Shown here: one piece after another, positions 48,718-58,254 of the stretch
Layout of the letters: every line of letters starts with the position of its first letter
Position numbering within the stretch: position 1 is the stretch's first letter
Assembly: GCA_945860865.1 (NCBI GenBank)
Contig: CAMARW010000008.1
Span: 51,897 to 115,896 of the forward strand
Origin: Chitinophaga pinensis
GTDB taxonomy: Bacteria; Bacteroidota; Bacteroidia; UKL13-3
Reading direction: 5' to 3'
Length of the DNA: 64,000 bases
Program-made: the position numbers and the translations under genes
The notes under the pieces: generated by a model
Seen by the model: only the letters and a program-made list of their open reading frames with translations
Told to the model about the DNA's origin: nothing
The model's database searches: none

Positions 48718-49041
48718 TCAATTTCCTTTTATTTCTCTATCCTCCGAAATTTCAGAATTCTCATGATTGAATTCATCAAAGTCGTAATCAGGCATTAAAT
48801 CTGTTTTTATATACTGAACTGTTTCGTTAAGTGCATCTACAAATTTGTTGAAATCTTCTTTGTAAAGGAAAATTTTATGTTTCACATAATTCCCATCTTC
48901 GAAGCTTTTTTTGCTTTCAGTAATGGTTAAAAAATAATCTTTACCTCGGGTAGATTTTACATCGAAGAAATAAGTTCTTTTGCCAGCGCGTATTTTTTTT
49001 GAAAAAATTTCTTGGCTATCGTTTTTGTTGAATTCGTCCAT
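48718..49041 (-). CDS. DUF3276 / PUR-family nucleic acid-binding protein
   Basis: IFSKKIRAGKRTYFFDVK...YFLTITESKK...KHKIFLYKEDF. Start refined to ATG 49041. Confidence 0.88.
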   Translation of the reverse strand: MDEFNKNDSQEIFSKKIRAGKRTYFFDVKSTRGKDYFLTITESKKSFEDGNYVKHKIFLYKEDFNKFVDALNETVQYIKTDLMPDYDFDEFNHENSEISEDREIKGN

Positions 49042-49140
49042 GCAATTAATTGTTCTAAACTTCGGCAAAATATAGGTTACACTTTTGATTTCATAACATT
49101 TTTTCAACACTTTGAATTTTATGTAAAACAAAATAAAATT

Positions 49141-50934
49141 CTAATCCTTTTGCTCCAATATTTGTTTAAGATAAATTTCAGAATATGAGCCATTTAATTT
49201 CATTAAATCCTCGTGTGTTCCTTCTTCAATTATTTTGCCTGAATGCAGCACTAATATTCGATCGGCATCTTTTACGCTCGATACTCTGTGGCTAATAATA
49301 AGGCTAGTTTTTCCTTTTTTGAGTTGTTGAAGCTTTTCAAGTATGTCTGATTCTGTTTGTGTATCTAGGGCACTTAAACAATCATCGAGTATTAACAAAC
49401 TAGGATTTTTTATAAAAGCTCGAGCTATGGCAACCCTTTGTTTTTGGCCGCCAGATAGCGTTATACCGCGCTCTCCAACCCTTGTCTTTAATCCGTCTTT
49501 AAATCCTGTTATAGCATCCTCTAAACTAGCCTGTTGCACTGCTAATTTAATTTTTTCATTTAATTGTGGGTCTGAAGCCTGCGCGCCAAAGGCAATATTA
49601 TTTTCTATGGTATCGCTAAATAAAAATACATCCTGGGGAACATAACCTATTTGATCTTTCCATTTCTTTAGGTTCAAGCCGTTTAAGTTTTTGCCATCTA
49701 TCAGAATTTCGCCTGCTGTGGGGTCAAAAATTCTCAATAATAATTGTATGAGGGTTGATTTTCCGGCGCCTGTGGTGCCCAGAATGGCTAGGTTGCTTCC
49801 TTTTTTTAGGGTAAAACTAATAGACGCTATTGCAGGTATCTCTTTGCCGGGGTAGGTATAGCTTACTTCCTTAAATTGTATGGCTTCTTCAAAAATGCAA
49901 TCCGATTCGGGATGGAAGTTGAGGCTGGGTTTTGTGTTTAAAAAATCGTTTATTCTTGCTTGCGAGGCGGCTGCCCTTTGAATTAAACTACTGGTATAAC
50001 CCAAACTTGTTACAGGCCAAATCAAAATATTTACATAAATTATAAATTCTGCAATATTACCCAAAGTGGCCCTACCTGCAATAACCTCAATACCTCCAAT
50101 GTAAATGGTAAGCAGCGAACTTAATCCGGTTAAAAATACCATTAAAGGGAAAAAGAAGGCATCTACTTGGGCCAAATGCATTTGTTTTTCGCGGTAAATT
50201 TGGGTCTGTTTTTCAAAGGCTAAGGAATTATTCTCTTCGGTGGCAAAGGCCTTTATAACGCGTATGCCTGAAAATGCCTCTTGCACAAATGAAGTTAGGC
50301 CAGATAACTGCTCCTGAATGGCGTCGCTGCGGGTGTTTATGAGGTTGTTTATCTTGTAAATGGCATAAGATAGTATAGGCAAAGGTGCAATAACCAACCA
50401 GGTAAGGCGCGTGTTTACAGCAAACATTACCACCAAAACCAAAATAATAGTAATCACTAAGTTAATGGAATACATCAGAGCCGGACCAACATACATTCTT
50501 ACTCTGCTAACATCCTCGCTAATACGCGACATTAAATCGCCAATGCGGTTGTTTCTGTAAAAAGTTTGGTCTAATTGCTGGTAGTGATTAAAAATCTCAT
50601 TTTTAAGGTCGTACTCAATTTTACGCGACATAACAATGATGGTTTGGCGCATAAAATACATGAACAAACCACGAATAATGGCGAAAGAAATTACCAAAAA
50701 GGTGAAATACAAAATAGCCTCACCTAATTCGTTTTCTATTTCTAATTTTACACCAGCGTTGTGTTTGGCCTGAATCAATTTTTCTAGCTGCGACTTAATT
50801 AAATCTATCGATTTTCTTACTAATTGAGCAGGAAAAATGGCAAATAAATTGGAGGCAGCAACAAATAATACTCCCCAAAATAGCCTAATCTTATATTTAA
50901 TGAAATATTTATGAAGGTGTTTTAGCGATTTCAA
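49141..50934 (-). CDS. ABC transporter ATP-binding/permease (MdlA-like exporter)
   Basis: TM domain, GTTGAGKST, LSGGQKQR, ILDDCLSALD. Confidence 0.9.
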   Translation of the reverse strand: MKSLKHLHKYFIKYKIRLFWGVLFVAASNLFAIFPAQLVRKSIDLIKSQLEKLIQAKHNAGVKLEIENELGEAILYFTFLVISFAIIRGLFMYFMRQTIIVMSRKIEYDLKNEIFNHYQQLDQTFYRNNRIGDLMSRISEDVSRVRMYVGPALMYSINLVITIILVLVVMFAVNTRLTWLVIAPLPILSYAIYKINNLINTRSDAIQEQLSGLTSFVQEAFSGIRVIKAFATEENNSLAFEKQTQIYREKQMHLAQVDAFFFPLMVFLTGLSSLLTIYIGGIEVIAGRATLGNIAEFIIYVNILIWPVTSLGYTSSLIQRAAASQARINDFLNTKPSLNFHPESDCIFEEAIQFKEVSYTYPGKEIPAIASISFTLKKGSNLAILGTTGAGKSTLIQLLLRIFDPTAGEILIDGKNLNGLNLKKWKDQIGYVPQDVFLFSDTIENNIAFGAQASDPQLNEKIKLAVQQASLEDAITGFKDGLKTRVGERGITLSGGQKQRVAIARAFIKNPSLLILDDCLSALDTQTESDILEKLQQLKKGKTSLIISHRVSSVKDADRILVLHSGKIIEEGTHEDLMKLNGSYSEIYLKQILEQKD

Positions 50935-51008
50935 TGGGGCAAATTAAAGGAAAACAGACGACAATTTTTGGAGCATTTTTTTTGCCCTAGAAAAACAAAA
51001 AATAAAAT

Positions 51009-51016
51009 TACTTTTG
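51009..51016 (+). promoter_or_regulatory. -7 box (TACTTTTG) for the dehydrogenase-nusB operon
   Basis: Matches TAnnTTTG upstream of ATG 51054. Confidence 0.55.
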
Positions 51017-51053
51017 CAGCCGATAAAAAACACTATTAATTCTCATTATCATT

Positions 51054-52127
51054 ATGGCAGAAAAAGAAATTTTTACGCAATTAGGTACATACGATCATGA
51101 ACAAATCGTTTTTTGTAACGATAATTCAACTGGTTTAAAGGCAATTATTGCTATTCATAACACGGTTCTAGGGCCAGGTTTAGGTGGTACGCGCGTTTGG
51201 AACTACAATAACGAAGCAGAAGCTATAAATGATGTAATGCGTCTTTCGCGCGGTATGACTTACAAAGCTGCCATCTCTGGGTTGAACCTAGGAGGAGCAA
51301 AAGCGGTTATTATTGGTGATGCCAGTAAAATAAAGACCGAAGCTTTAATGCGTAAATTTGGCCGTTTTGTGGAGAACCTAAATGGTAAATATATTACTGC
51401 CGAAGACGTAAATACAACCACCCGCGATATGGAATATGTAAATATGGAAACAGACCATGTGGTTGGTTTACCAGAAAGCATGGGTGGTGGCGGAGATCCT
51501 TCTCCTGTTACAGCTTATGGCGTATACATGGGTATGAAAGCCAGTGCCAAAAATGTATTTGGTTCAGACAGTTTAAGTGGCAAAAAAATTGCTGTTCAAG
51601 GTGTTGGTAAAGTGGGCGGACATTTACTAGAATTTCTTCACAAAGAGGGCGCAAGCCTATATATAAGCGATATTAATCAAGATATTCTAAGTCATTATGC
51701 CAGTACTTTGGGTGCTACAGTGGTAAATGGTGATGAGATTTATGGCTTAGATGTAGATGTATTTGCTCCTTGTGCTTTAGGTGCCGTTTTAAACGATGCC
51801 AATATCGAAAAGTTAAAATGTGCTATCATTGCCGGTGCTGCCAATAATCAGTTAGCTGAAGAAACCATTCATGGTCCAGCTCTAATGAAAAAAGGCATTA
51901 CTTATGCACCAGATTTCTTAATAAATGCAGGTGGCTTAATCAATGTTTACCAAGAACATATTGGATATAACAAAGAAACAGCCTACCGCCAAGCACAACT
52001 TATTTATGATGTAACACTTGAAATTTTAAAAGTTTCTGCTGCAGATCAAATCCATACGCAAAAAGCGGCCATGAACTTAGCCGAAAAACGTATCAATGAT
52101 ATTTCTAAATTAAAATCAACTTACTAA
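51054..52127 (+). CDS. Glu/Leu/Phe/Val dehydrogenase (leucine dehydrogenase-like)
   Basis: LGPGLGGTR, RLSRGMTYK, GGAKAVI, ITAEDV, GVGKVG, GAANNQL. Confidence 0.92.
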   Translation: MAEKEIFTQLGTYDHEQIVFCNDNSTGLKAIIAIHNTVLGPGLGGTRVWNYNNEAEAINDVMRLSRGMTYKAAISGLNLGGAKAVIIGDASKIKTEALMRKFGRFVENLNGKYITAEDVNTTTRDMEYVNMETDHVVGLPESMGGGGDPSPVTAYGVYMGMKASAKNVFGSDSLSGKKIAVQGVGKVGGHLLEFLHKEGASLYISDINQDILSHYASTLGATVVNGDEIYGLDVDVFAPCALGAVLNDANIEKLKCAIIAGAANNQLAEETIHGPALMKKGITYAPDFLINAGGLINVYQEHIGYNKETAYRQAQLIYDVTLEILKVSAADQIHTQKAAMNLAEKRINDISKLKSTY

Positions 52128-52144
52128 TTATTTCAAACTGTCTG

Positions 52145-52200
52145 AACAGGCAGCAAATGTTCTTTTCTTGTTTTAAAAGGCCTCGTTTGCTGCCTGTTTT
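52145..52200 (+). other. Long intergenic stem-loop
   Basis: 13-bp inverted repeat AACAGGCAGCAAA (52145-52157) / TTTGCTGCCTGTT (52186-52198). Confidence 0.7.
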
Positions 52201-52213
52201 GATTTAACTATAT

Positions 52214-53155
52214 ATGCTGAACCGACGATTTTTACGCATCAAAGCATTACAAGCTTTATACAGCTATGCTCAAGAAGAAAATCCAGATGCCGCAGCCTAC
52301 CGCAGAAGGTTGCTTTCTGGATTAGAAAAAACCTACGAGCTGTATTTGTTCCTAATGGCTTTTCCCATAGAGTTTAAAACTTTTATAACTGAAGAGCGCT
52401 CACTCGAAACAGGGAAATATATTCCATCTAGCAAGCAAATTGAAACGCTTCAGCTAATTATAGACAATAAAGCCTTTGCCATAATTGAAGAAAATGTTGC
52501 CCTGCAAAGCGATCTTTCTAAGCATAAAATTAGTTGGACGGGCCACCAAGATTTAATGCGTAAAATTTGGATGGAACTTAAAGTGCATCCACTTTTTGTT
52601 TCTTATGTTGAAACCACACCCGCCTCTTTCAAATCTGATAAAGCTTTCTTAGCTAATTTAATGGAGTGGTTAATTGCCGAGTTTGAACTATTTGAATCTT
52701 TCTTGGAAGACAAGTATCTAAACTGGGATGATGATCAAATTTTGGTGCTTAAAACCATGCAAAAAACCATTCAAGGAATGCATGATAAATCTAAATCTAT
52801 CTTGCCAGATAAACACAAAGATGAGGAAGAAGATATAAAATTCTTGAAAGATTTATTTGATTTATGTTTGGAAAACCAAGATGAATTAATGCACCTAATT
52901 GCTATAAAAACCAAAAATTGGGATCAAGACAGAATTGCTGTGGTAGATCTAATTTTAATGAAAATGGCTCTTTGTGAAGTATTGTATTTTCCGTTTATTC
53001 CAGTAAAAGTTTCTATCAATGAATACCTAGAATTGGCTAAATTGTACAGTACACCTAATAGCCACGGATTTATTAATGGTATTTTGGATAAAGTTCAGTT
53101 AGATTTGAGAAAATCTGATAGAATAAATAAATTAGGTAGGGGTTTAGTTGACTAA
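52214..53155 (+). CDS. nusB: Transcription antitermination factor NusB (long Bacteroidota type)
   Basis: MLNRRFLRIKALQALY, NWDQDRIA, IPVKVSINEYLELAKLYS...FINGILD. Confidence 0.92.
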   Translation: MLNRRFLRIKALQALYSYAQEENPDAAAYRRRLLSGLEKTYELYLFLMAFPIEFKTFITEERSLETGKYIPSSKQIETLQLIIDNKAFAIIEENVALQSDLSKHKISWTGHQDLMRKIWMELKVHPLFVSYVETTPASFKSDKAFLANLMEWLIAEFELFESFLEDKYLNWDDDQILVLKTMQKTIQGMHDKSKSILPDKHKDEEEDIKFLKDLFDLCLENQDELMHLIAIKTKNWDQDRIAVVDLILMKMALCEVLYFPFIPVKVSINEYLELAKLYSTPNSHGFINGILDKVQLDLRKSDRINKLGRGLVD

Positions 53156-53167
53156 ATTTTAAAAAGC

Positions 53168-53632
53168 ATGAAATACACATTTTTATTATTAAGCAGTTTG
53201 TTTTTATTAGCCTCTTGTGGCGAATCAAATCCTGAAAAAGCTAAGGGTGATTTGGTTGAAAATCCTATGAGTGCCACCAATCCAGATGCAGATTTGGCCG
53301 CTGAGGCACCTGTTATGACATTCAAAGATAATATCCATAATTTTGGTACCTTGGTAGATGGGGAAGTAGTAACTTACAAATTTAAGTTTACCAATACAGG
53401 TAAATCCAACTTATTGATAAGCAGTGCCACTGCCAGTTGTGGTTGCACAGTGCCCAGCTATCCAAAAACACCCATTGCCCCAGGAGAAGAAGGAACCATT
53501 GATGTAGAATTTAATAGCAGCGGTAAAGTGGGTGCCTTTGATAAAAATGTTACCATTACCTCCAATACGGTTCCTAACCAAATTTACCTGGTTATTCGCG
53601 GTGAGGTAAAGTCAAATAACAAATCCAATTAA
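53168..53632 (+). CDS. DUF1573 lipoprotein
   Basis: LLASC lipobox, FKFTNTG...ASCGCTVP...PIAPGE. Confidence 0.88.
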   Translation: MKYTFLLLSSLFLLASCGESNPEKAKGDLVENPMSATNPDADLAAEAPVMTFKDNIHNFGTLVDGEVVTYKFKFTNTGKSNLLISSATASCGCTVPSYPKTPIAPGEEGTIDVEFNSSGKVGAFDKNVTITSNTVPNQIYLVIRGEVKSNNKSN

Positions 53633-53653
53633 AAAATAATTTAAACCAAAAAC

Positions 53654-53995
53654 ATGTTACAACAAATTTTATTAATGGCTCCACCTGCTGCGGGTGGACA
53701 AGGAGGAAATCCTATTATGCAGTTTTTACCTTTAATTTTGATTTTTGTGGTATTTTATTTCTTTATGATTTACCCACAAATTAAGAAAAATAAAGCGCAA
53801 AAGAAGTTTCGTGAAACCCTTGGTAAAGGTGATAAGGTAATAACCATTGGCGGCGTGCATGCCAAGATTATTGAAGCCTCAGAGCATACTTTCTTAATAG
53901 ATAGCGAAGGCACAAAATTGCGCATAGATCGCACTGCGGTTTCTATGGAGGCTTCTCAAGCTTTGAACCAACCGGCCAAAGAAGAGAAGAAATAA
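53654..53995 (+). CDS. yajC: Preprotein translocase subunit YajC
   Basis: FVVFYFFMIYPQ...GDKVITIGG. Confidence 0.93.
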   Translation: MLQQILLMAPPAAGGQGGNPIMQFLPLILIFVVFYFFMIYPQIKKNKAQKKFRETLGKGDKVITIGGVHAKIIEASEHTFLIDSEGTKLRIDRTAVSMEASQALNQPAKEEKK

Positions 53996-54011
53996 ATTGT
54001 GGGTATAAACC

Positions 54012-54611
54012 ATGATTAAAGTAGGCATTACAGGCAATATTGGCAGTGGTAAATCTACCATTGCCAAATTGTTTGCCCTTTTGGGTACTCCTGTTTATGA
54101 TGCAGACACCAGAGCCAAGGCCATTATGGTTGAAGATATTGAGCTCAAAAATGAGCTTGTGAAGGTCTTTGGGCAAGAAACATATTTTGCAGATGGGCAA
54201 CTCAATAGAACTTACCTTTCGCAACAGGTTTTTAATAACCCCGCTCAATTAAAAATCCTCAATTCAATTGTGCACCCCGCTGTTTTCAGAGATTTTAATT
54301 GCTGGCAGAACCAATTCAAAACCGCACAATTGCCTTATGTTTTAAAAGAAGCCGCGTTATTAATTGAGAGCGGTTCTTACAAAGACTTAGATTGTTTAAT
54401 ATTGGTTCAGGCCGATGAAACGATTAGATTGCAGAGAAGCATGGACAGAGATGCTGCCAGTGCAGAGGCCATCTTAGGCCGTATGAAAAACCAAATGCCC
54501 CAAGAAAACAAAGTGCCTTTTGCAAAGTTCCTTATTCAAAATAATAACAACGATTTATTGATTCCGCAGGTGCTAAAAATCCATAGAGAGCTTTGTTTGC
54601 TGGGTGGTTAA
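54012..54611 (+). CDS. coaE: Dephospho-CoA kinase
   Basis: VGITGNIGSGKST, YDAD, LNSIVHPAV, KEAALLIE. Confidence 0.94.
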   Translation: MIKVGITGNIGSGKSTIAKLFALLGTPVYDADTRAKAIMVEDIELKNELVKVFGQETYFADGQLNRTYLSQQVFNNPAQLKILNSIVHPAVFRDFNCWQNQFKTAQLPYVLKEAALLIESGSYKDLDCLILVQADETIRLQRSMDRDAASAEAILGRMKNQMPQENKVPFAKFLIQNNNNDLLIPQVLKIHRELCLLGG

Positions 54612-54631
54612 ATGTTTAATTACTATTGCTA

Positions 54632-54655
54632 TTATTTTGGTTTCAACCAAAATAA
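54632..54655. terminator. Hairpin between convergent coaE and pcrA
   Basis: TTATTTTGGTT-TC-AACCAAAATAA. AT-rich stem, so terminator function is uncertain. Confidence 0.45.
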
Positions 54656-54695
54656 CAATCTATGCCTAAAAGGAGATATCTGAATAAAAAGGATC

Positions 54696-56975
54696 TTAAG
54701 AACTTACAATTTTTAGTTTAGCAAACTTTAAAACCAATACTTTTTTACCTGCTTCGGCAAATTCTATGGTAGCTTTTTTATTATCCCCAACTCCATCCAT
54801 TAGTAAAACATTTCCTGCACCAAACCTTTGGTGAATTACCTGCATGCCAGCCTGCAAATTACTGGTATCATCTGGTTCAAAATTGGGATCTAATGGCGGG
54901 GGAGCTGCAACAGTTCTGGGTTGTGGGCGATTGATGGTAAGTGTTTTTTTGCTTAATCCGCTGGCGCTCCCAGATTTACTGGCTGCCCCACTCTCCCTAA
55001 ATTGTCCGCCGCTGCTAAACATATTTTCAAAATGCAAAAACTGAGGGTCTAATTCAGATAAAAACCTACTTGGTTCTGAATTTACAATGGTTCCAAACTT
55101 AAATCTGGATGTGGCAAAGCTAATGGTCAATTTTTTCATGGCACGGGTTAAAGCCACGTAGAATAACCTGCGTTCTTCTTCTAACTCTTGCCTGCTGTTT
55201 AAGGCCATCTGACTAGGAAATAAATTCTCTTCCAATCCCACTACATGCACATATTTATACTCTAAACCTTTGGCAGAGTGAATGGTCATTAGGCTTACGT
55301 GGTCTTGGTTGGGGTCTTTGTCTTTATCATCGTTGGTCATAAGCGCCACATCTGCCATAAAATCGGCTAAAGTGTTTCCCCTTAAAACGCCATCTTCATC
55401 GGCTGTTTCACCAACGCTAAATTCTTTTATACCGTTTAAAAGTTCTTCGGTATTTTCGTAACGGGCAATGCCTTCTACTGTTTTATCTTCATACAATGAT
55501 TTAAGTACACCACTTTGTTTGGCTATATGCATGGCAACATCGTAAGCATTTCTATCAAGCATTACCCTAAAGCTTTTTATCATGGTTACAAAGTCTTCTA
55601 CGGCACTCATGTTTTTAAAGCCAATTTGGTTTACTTGCTCCATTACTTGCCACAAACTTACCTTGTGTTGATCGGCTACTAGCGCAATTTTTTCCATCGT
55701 GGTTTTGCCAATTCCGCGGGTAGGATAATTAATAACTCGCTTTAATGCCTCTTCATCATTTGGGTTCAAAACCAAACGATAATACCCCAATAAATCTTTC
55801 ACCTCTTTACGCTGATAAAAAGATAAACCACCATATATTTTATAAGGAATGTTTAACTTTCTAAGGGCTTCTTCCATAGACCTACTTTGCATGTTTGTTC
55901 TGTACAAAATAGCAAAATCTTTGTTTAAAGCCTGATTATTCATCTTATCTTGGAAGATAGCTGAGGCCACCATTTTGCCTTCTTCGTTATCAGTTAAAGC
56001 TTTAAAAACTCTTATGCGCTCGCCTAGTTCATTGTCGGTCCACACTTTCTTTTTAATCTGATCTTTGTTTTTTTCTATGATACTCGAAGCAGCATTTACA
56101 ATGGTTTTGGTACTGCGGTAATTTTGTTCTAGTTTAAAGGTTTTAACCTCTGGAAAATCCTTTTGAAAGCCAAGTATATTTTTAATGTTAGCACCCCTAA
56201 ACGCATAAATACTTTGCGCATCATCGCCCACTACGGCAATGTTTTCATTTACAGCTGCCAGTTTTTTTATAATCATATACTGGGCATGGTTGGTATCTTG
56301 AAACTCATCTACCATGATATACCTAAACTGATGTTGGTATTTGTTCAGTACATCTAAATGCTTGGCAAAAAGCTTGTGTGTATTTACCAATAAATCGTCA
56401 AAATCCATGGCGCCGGCTCTAAAACATCTATCTTGATAAAGCTTAAACAATTGCCCAAATTTTGGTCGGCCGCTGCTATCATCGTTTTCAAAAAACTCGC
56501 TATTCCCAAGGTATTCTTCTGCGCTAATTAAGGCATTTTTGGCGGCCGAAATACGGCCCAACATATTAGATGGTTTGTATAATTTATCATCCAATTTCAT
56601 TTCGCCCAAAATGGTTTTGATGAGGCTTTTGCTATCATCAGAATCGTAAATGGTGAAATTGCGCGGGTAGCCAATTCGGTCGCTTTCTACGCGCAGTATT
56701 CTCGAAAAAATGCTGTGAAAAGTTCCCATCCATATATTTCTGCCTTCGCTTCCTACAGCTTCCATTACGCGGTGACGCATTTCTTTGGCTGCTTTGTTGG
56801 TAAAAGTGAGCGATAAAATTTGAAAAGCATCTACCTCATGGCGCAACATATGCACAATTCTGTAGGTAAGTACACGGGTTTTGCCTGAACCAGCACCGGC
56901 AATAATCATAACTGGTCCGTCTATTTGCTCTACAGCAGCCCTTTGAGAAGGGTTTAATGTTTCTAAATAATCCAC
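54696..56975 (-). CDS. pcrA: ATP-dependent DNA helicase UvrD/PcrA
   Basis: AGAGSGKTRVL, VDEFQDTN, GDDAQSIYAFRGA, LEQNYRST, TIHSAKGLE, EERRLFYVALTRA. GTG start, -7 box TACCTTTG at 56980-56987. Confidence 0.93.
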   Translation of the reverse strand: MDYLETLNPSQRAAVEQIDGPVMIIAGAGSGKTRVLTYRIVHMLRHEVDAFQILSLTFTNKAAKEMRHRVMEAVGSEGRNIWMGTFHSIFSRILRVESDRIGYPRNFTIYDSDDSKSLIKTILGEMKLDDKLYKPSNMLGRISAAKNALISAEEYLGNSEFFENDDSSGRPKFGQLFKLYQDRCFRAGAMDFDDLLVNTHKLFAKHLDVLNKYQHQFRYIMVDEFQDTNHAQYMIIKKLAAVNENIAVVGDDAQSIYAFRGANIKNILGFQKDFPEVKTFKLEQNYRSTKTIVNAASSIIEKNKDQIKKKVWTDNELGERIRVFKALTDNEEGKMVASAIFQDKMNNQALNKDFAILYRTNMQSRSMEEALRKLNIPYKIYGGLSFYQRKEVKDLLGYYRLVLNPNDEEALKRVINYPTRGIGKTTMEKIALVADQHKVSLWQVMEQVNQIGFKNMSAVEDFVTMIKSFRVMLDRNAYDVAMHIAKQSGVLKSLYEDKTVEGIARYENTEELLNGIKEFSVGETADEDGVLRGNTLADFMADVALMTNDDKDKDPNQDHVSLMTIHSAKGLEYKYVHVVGLEENLFPSQMALNSRQELEEERRLFYVALTRAMKKLTISFATSRFKFGTIVNSEPSRFLSELDPQFLHFENMFSSGGQFRESGAASKSGSASGLSKKTLTINRPQPRTVAAPPPLDPNFEPDDTSNLQAGMQVIHQRFGAGNVLLMDGVGDNKKATIEFAEAGKKVLVLKFAKLKIVSS

Positions 56976-57025
56976 TCTTCAAAGGTAATTGGAAAATAAA
57001 ATATAGCAGTCCTAAGATTTCAACA

Positions 57026-57041
57026 TTTGGTTCGAACCAAA
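57026..57041. repeat. Dispersed palindrome TTTGGTTCGAACCAAA (copy 5)
   Basis: Exact 16-bp palindrome in the divergent pcrA/rsmH-like promoter region. Confidence 0.85.
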
Positions 57042-57120
57042 ACTTGGTGAATTTGTTTATTTGTAAAAATTTTATTGCGCAAAGTATTAATTTGCCTTGC
57101 TACATTGAAAAGATATTAAA

Positions 57121-58185
57121 ATGGATAACCAAGATTCGAAGCCAGTCCGGAGAGTTAGATATAAAGGAACTTATCCTAAAACATTTCAGGAGAAATACAA
57201 AGAATTACAGCCAGATAAATATACAGAGGATATAGAGAAGGTTATGCAAAAGGGTAAAACCCCAGCGGGTATGCATAGGTCTATTTGTGTGGATGAAATT
57301 ATAGAATTTTTACAGATTAAATCGGGGCAAATTGGATTAGATGCTACCTTGGGTTATGGCGGTCATTCGCTAGAAATGCTCAAGTGTTTGGATGGGAGCG
57401 GACAATTATTTGCCACAGATGTAGATCCTATTGAATTGCCAAAAACCAAAGAAAGATTGGCAGCATTGGGTTTTAAAGAACCCCTTTTTAATCCCCGCCA
57501 AATTAATTTTTCTGAGGTGGATACTTTAGCTGAAGAATCGGGTAAGCTAAATTTTGTGTTGGCAGATTTGGGCGTTTCTTCCATGCAAATAGACAATCCA
57601 GCCAGGGGCTTTTCTCTTAAAGTTGATGGTCCGCTTGATTTGCGATTAAACCCCCAAAGCGGAATTTCTGCAGCACAATTGTTAAAAAAGATTAAGCTTG
57701 AAACTTTATACGAGCTTTTGGTTTCAAATGCCGACGAGGTTTATGCCGAGCCTATTGCTTTGGCTATTATAGCCGCACAAAAAAACGGCTTGGTTATAAA
57801 AACCACGGGCGAATTGCGCAATATTATTCAAGAAGCCCTCGCTTTTTTACCTAAATCTGAGCGCGTAGAAGCCGTTAAAAAAGCTTGTACCCGTTGTTTT
57901 CAGGCGCTAAGAATTGAGGTGAACAACGAGTTTTTAGTACTCAATACTTTTCTAGAAAAACTGCCTTATGTGCTAGCGCCTCATGCACGTGTGGCTATTC
58001 TAAGCTTTCATTCTGGTGAAGATAGGCGTGTGAAGAAGGCCTTTCAAGCATTGCACAGGGCAGGTGTTTTTGAGCGCGTGGCACCAGATCCTATTAGGCC
58101 AACTTCAACAGAAATTTTTAATAATCCTAGGGCTCGCTCTGCCAAATTAAGGTGGGCCATTATGGGTGAAAATAGTTATGATTAA
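57121..58185 (+). CDS. rsmH: RsmH/MraW-family SAM-dependent methyltransferase with N-terminal extension (probable paralog)
   Basis: DATLGYGGHS, DLGVSSMQID, FQALRIEVN, SFHSGEDR, NPRARSAKLR. Not flanked by mraZ/ftsL. Confidence 0.8.
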   Translation: MDNQDSKPVRRVRYKGTYPKTFQEKYKELQPDKYTEDIEKVMQKGKTPAGMHRSICVDEIIEFLQIKSGQIGLDATLGYGGHSLEMLKCLDGSGQLFATDVDPIELPKTKERLAALGFKEPLFNPRQINFSEVDTLAEESGKLNFVLADLGVSSMQIDNPARGFSLKVDGPLDLRLNPQSGISAAQLLKKIKLETLYELLVSNADEVYAEPIALAIIAAQKNGLVIKTTGELRNIIQEALAFLPKSERVEAVKKACTRCFQALRIEVNNEFLVLNTFLEKLPYVLAPHARVAILSFHSGEDRRVKKAFQALHRAGVFERVAPDPIRPTSTEIFNNPRARSAKLRWAIMGENSYD

Positions 58186-58254
58186 TGGGTGTAAATAAAT
58201 AAACAGCCTTTTTAAGAAAATTTGTACTTTTGACTTCCCAATAAAAAATAAAAT

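Noticed and set aside
57026-57041. GGTTCGAACC copies as tRNA T-arms or tRNA genes
   Set aside because: A T-arm has a 7-nt loop (GG-TTCGAAT-CC), whereas here only 6 nt separate GG and CC. The flanks show no cloverleaf, and most copies are inside CDS
56957-57235. 92-aa ORF spanning the pcrA/rsmH-like intergenic region
   Set aside because: Overlaps both neighbouring starts, has an AT-rich promoter-like composition and no motifs
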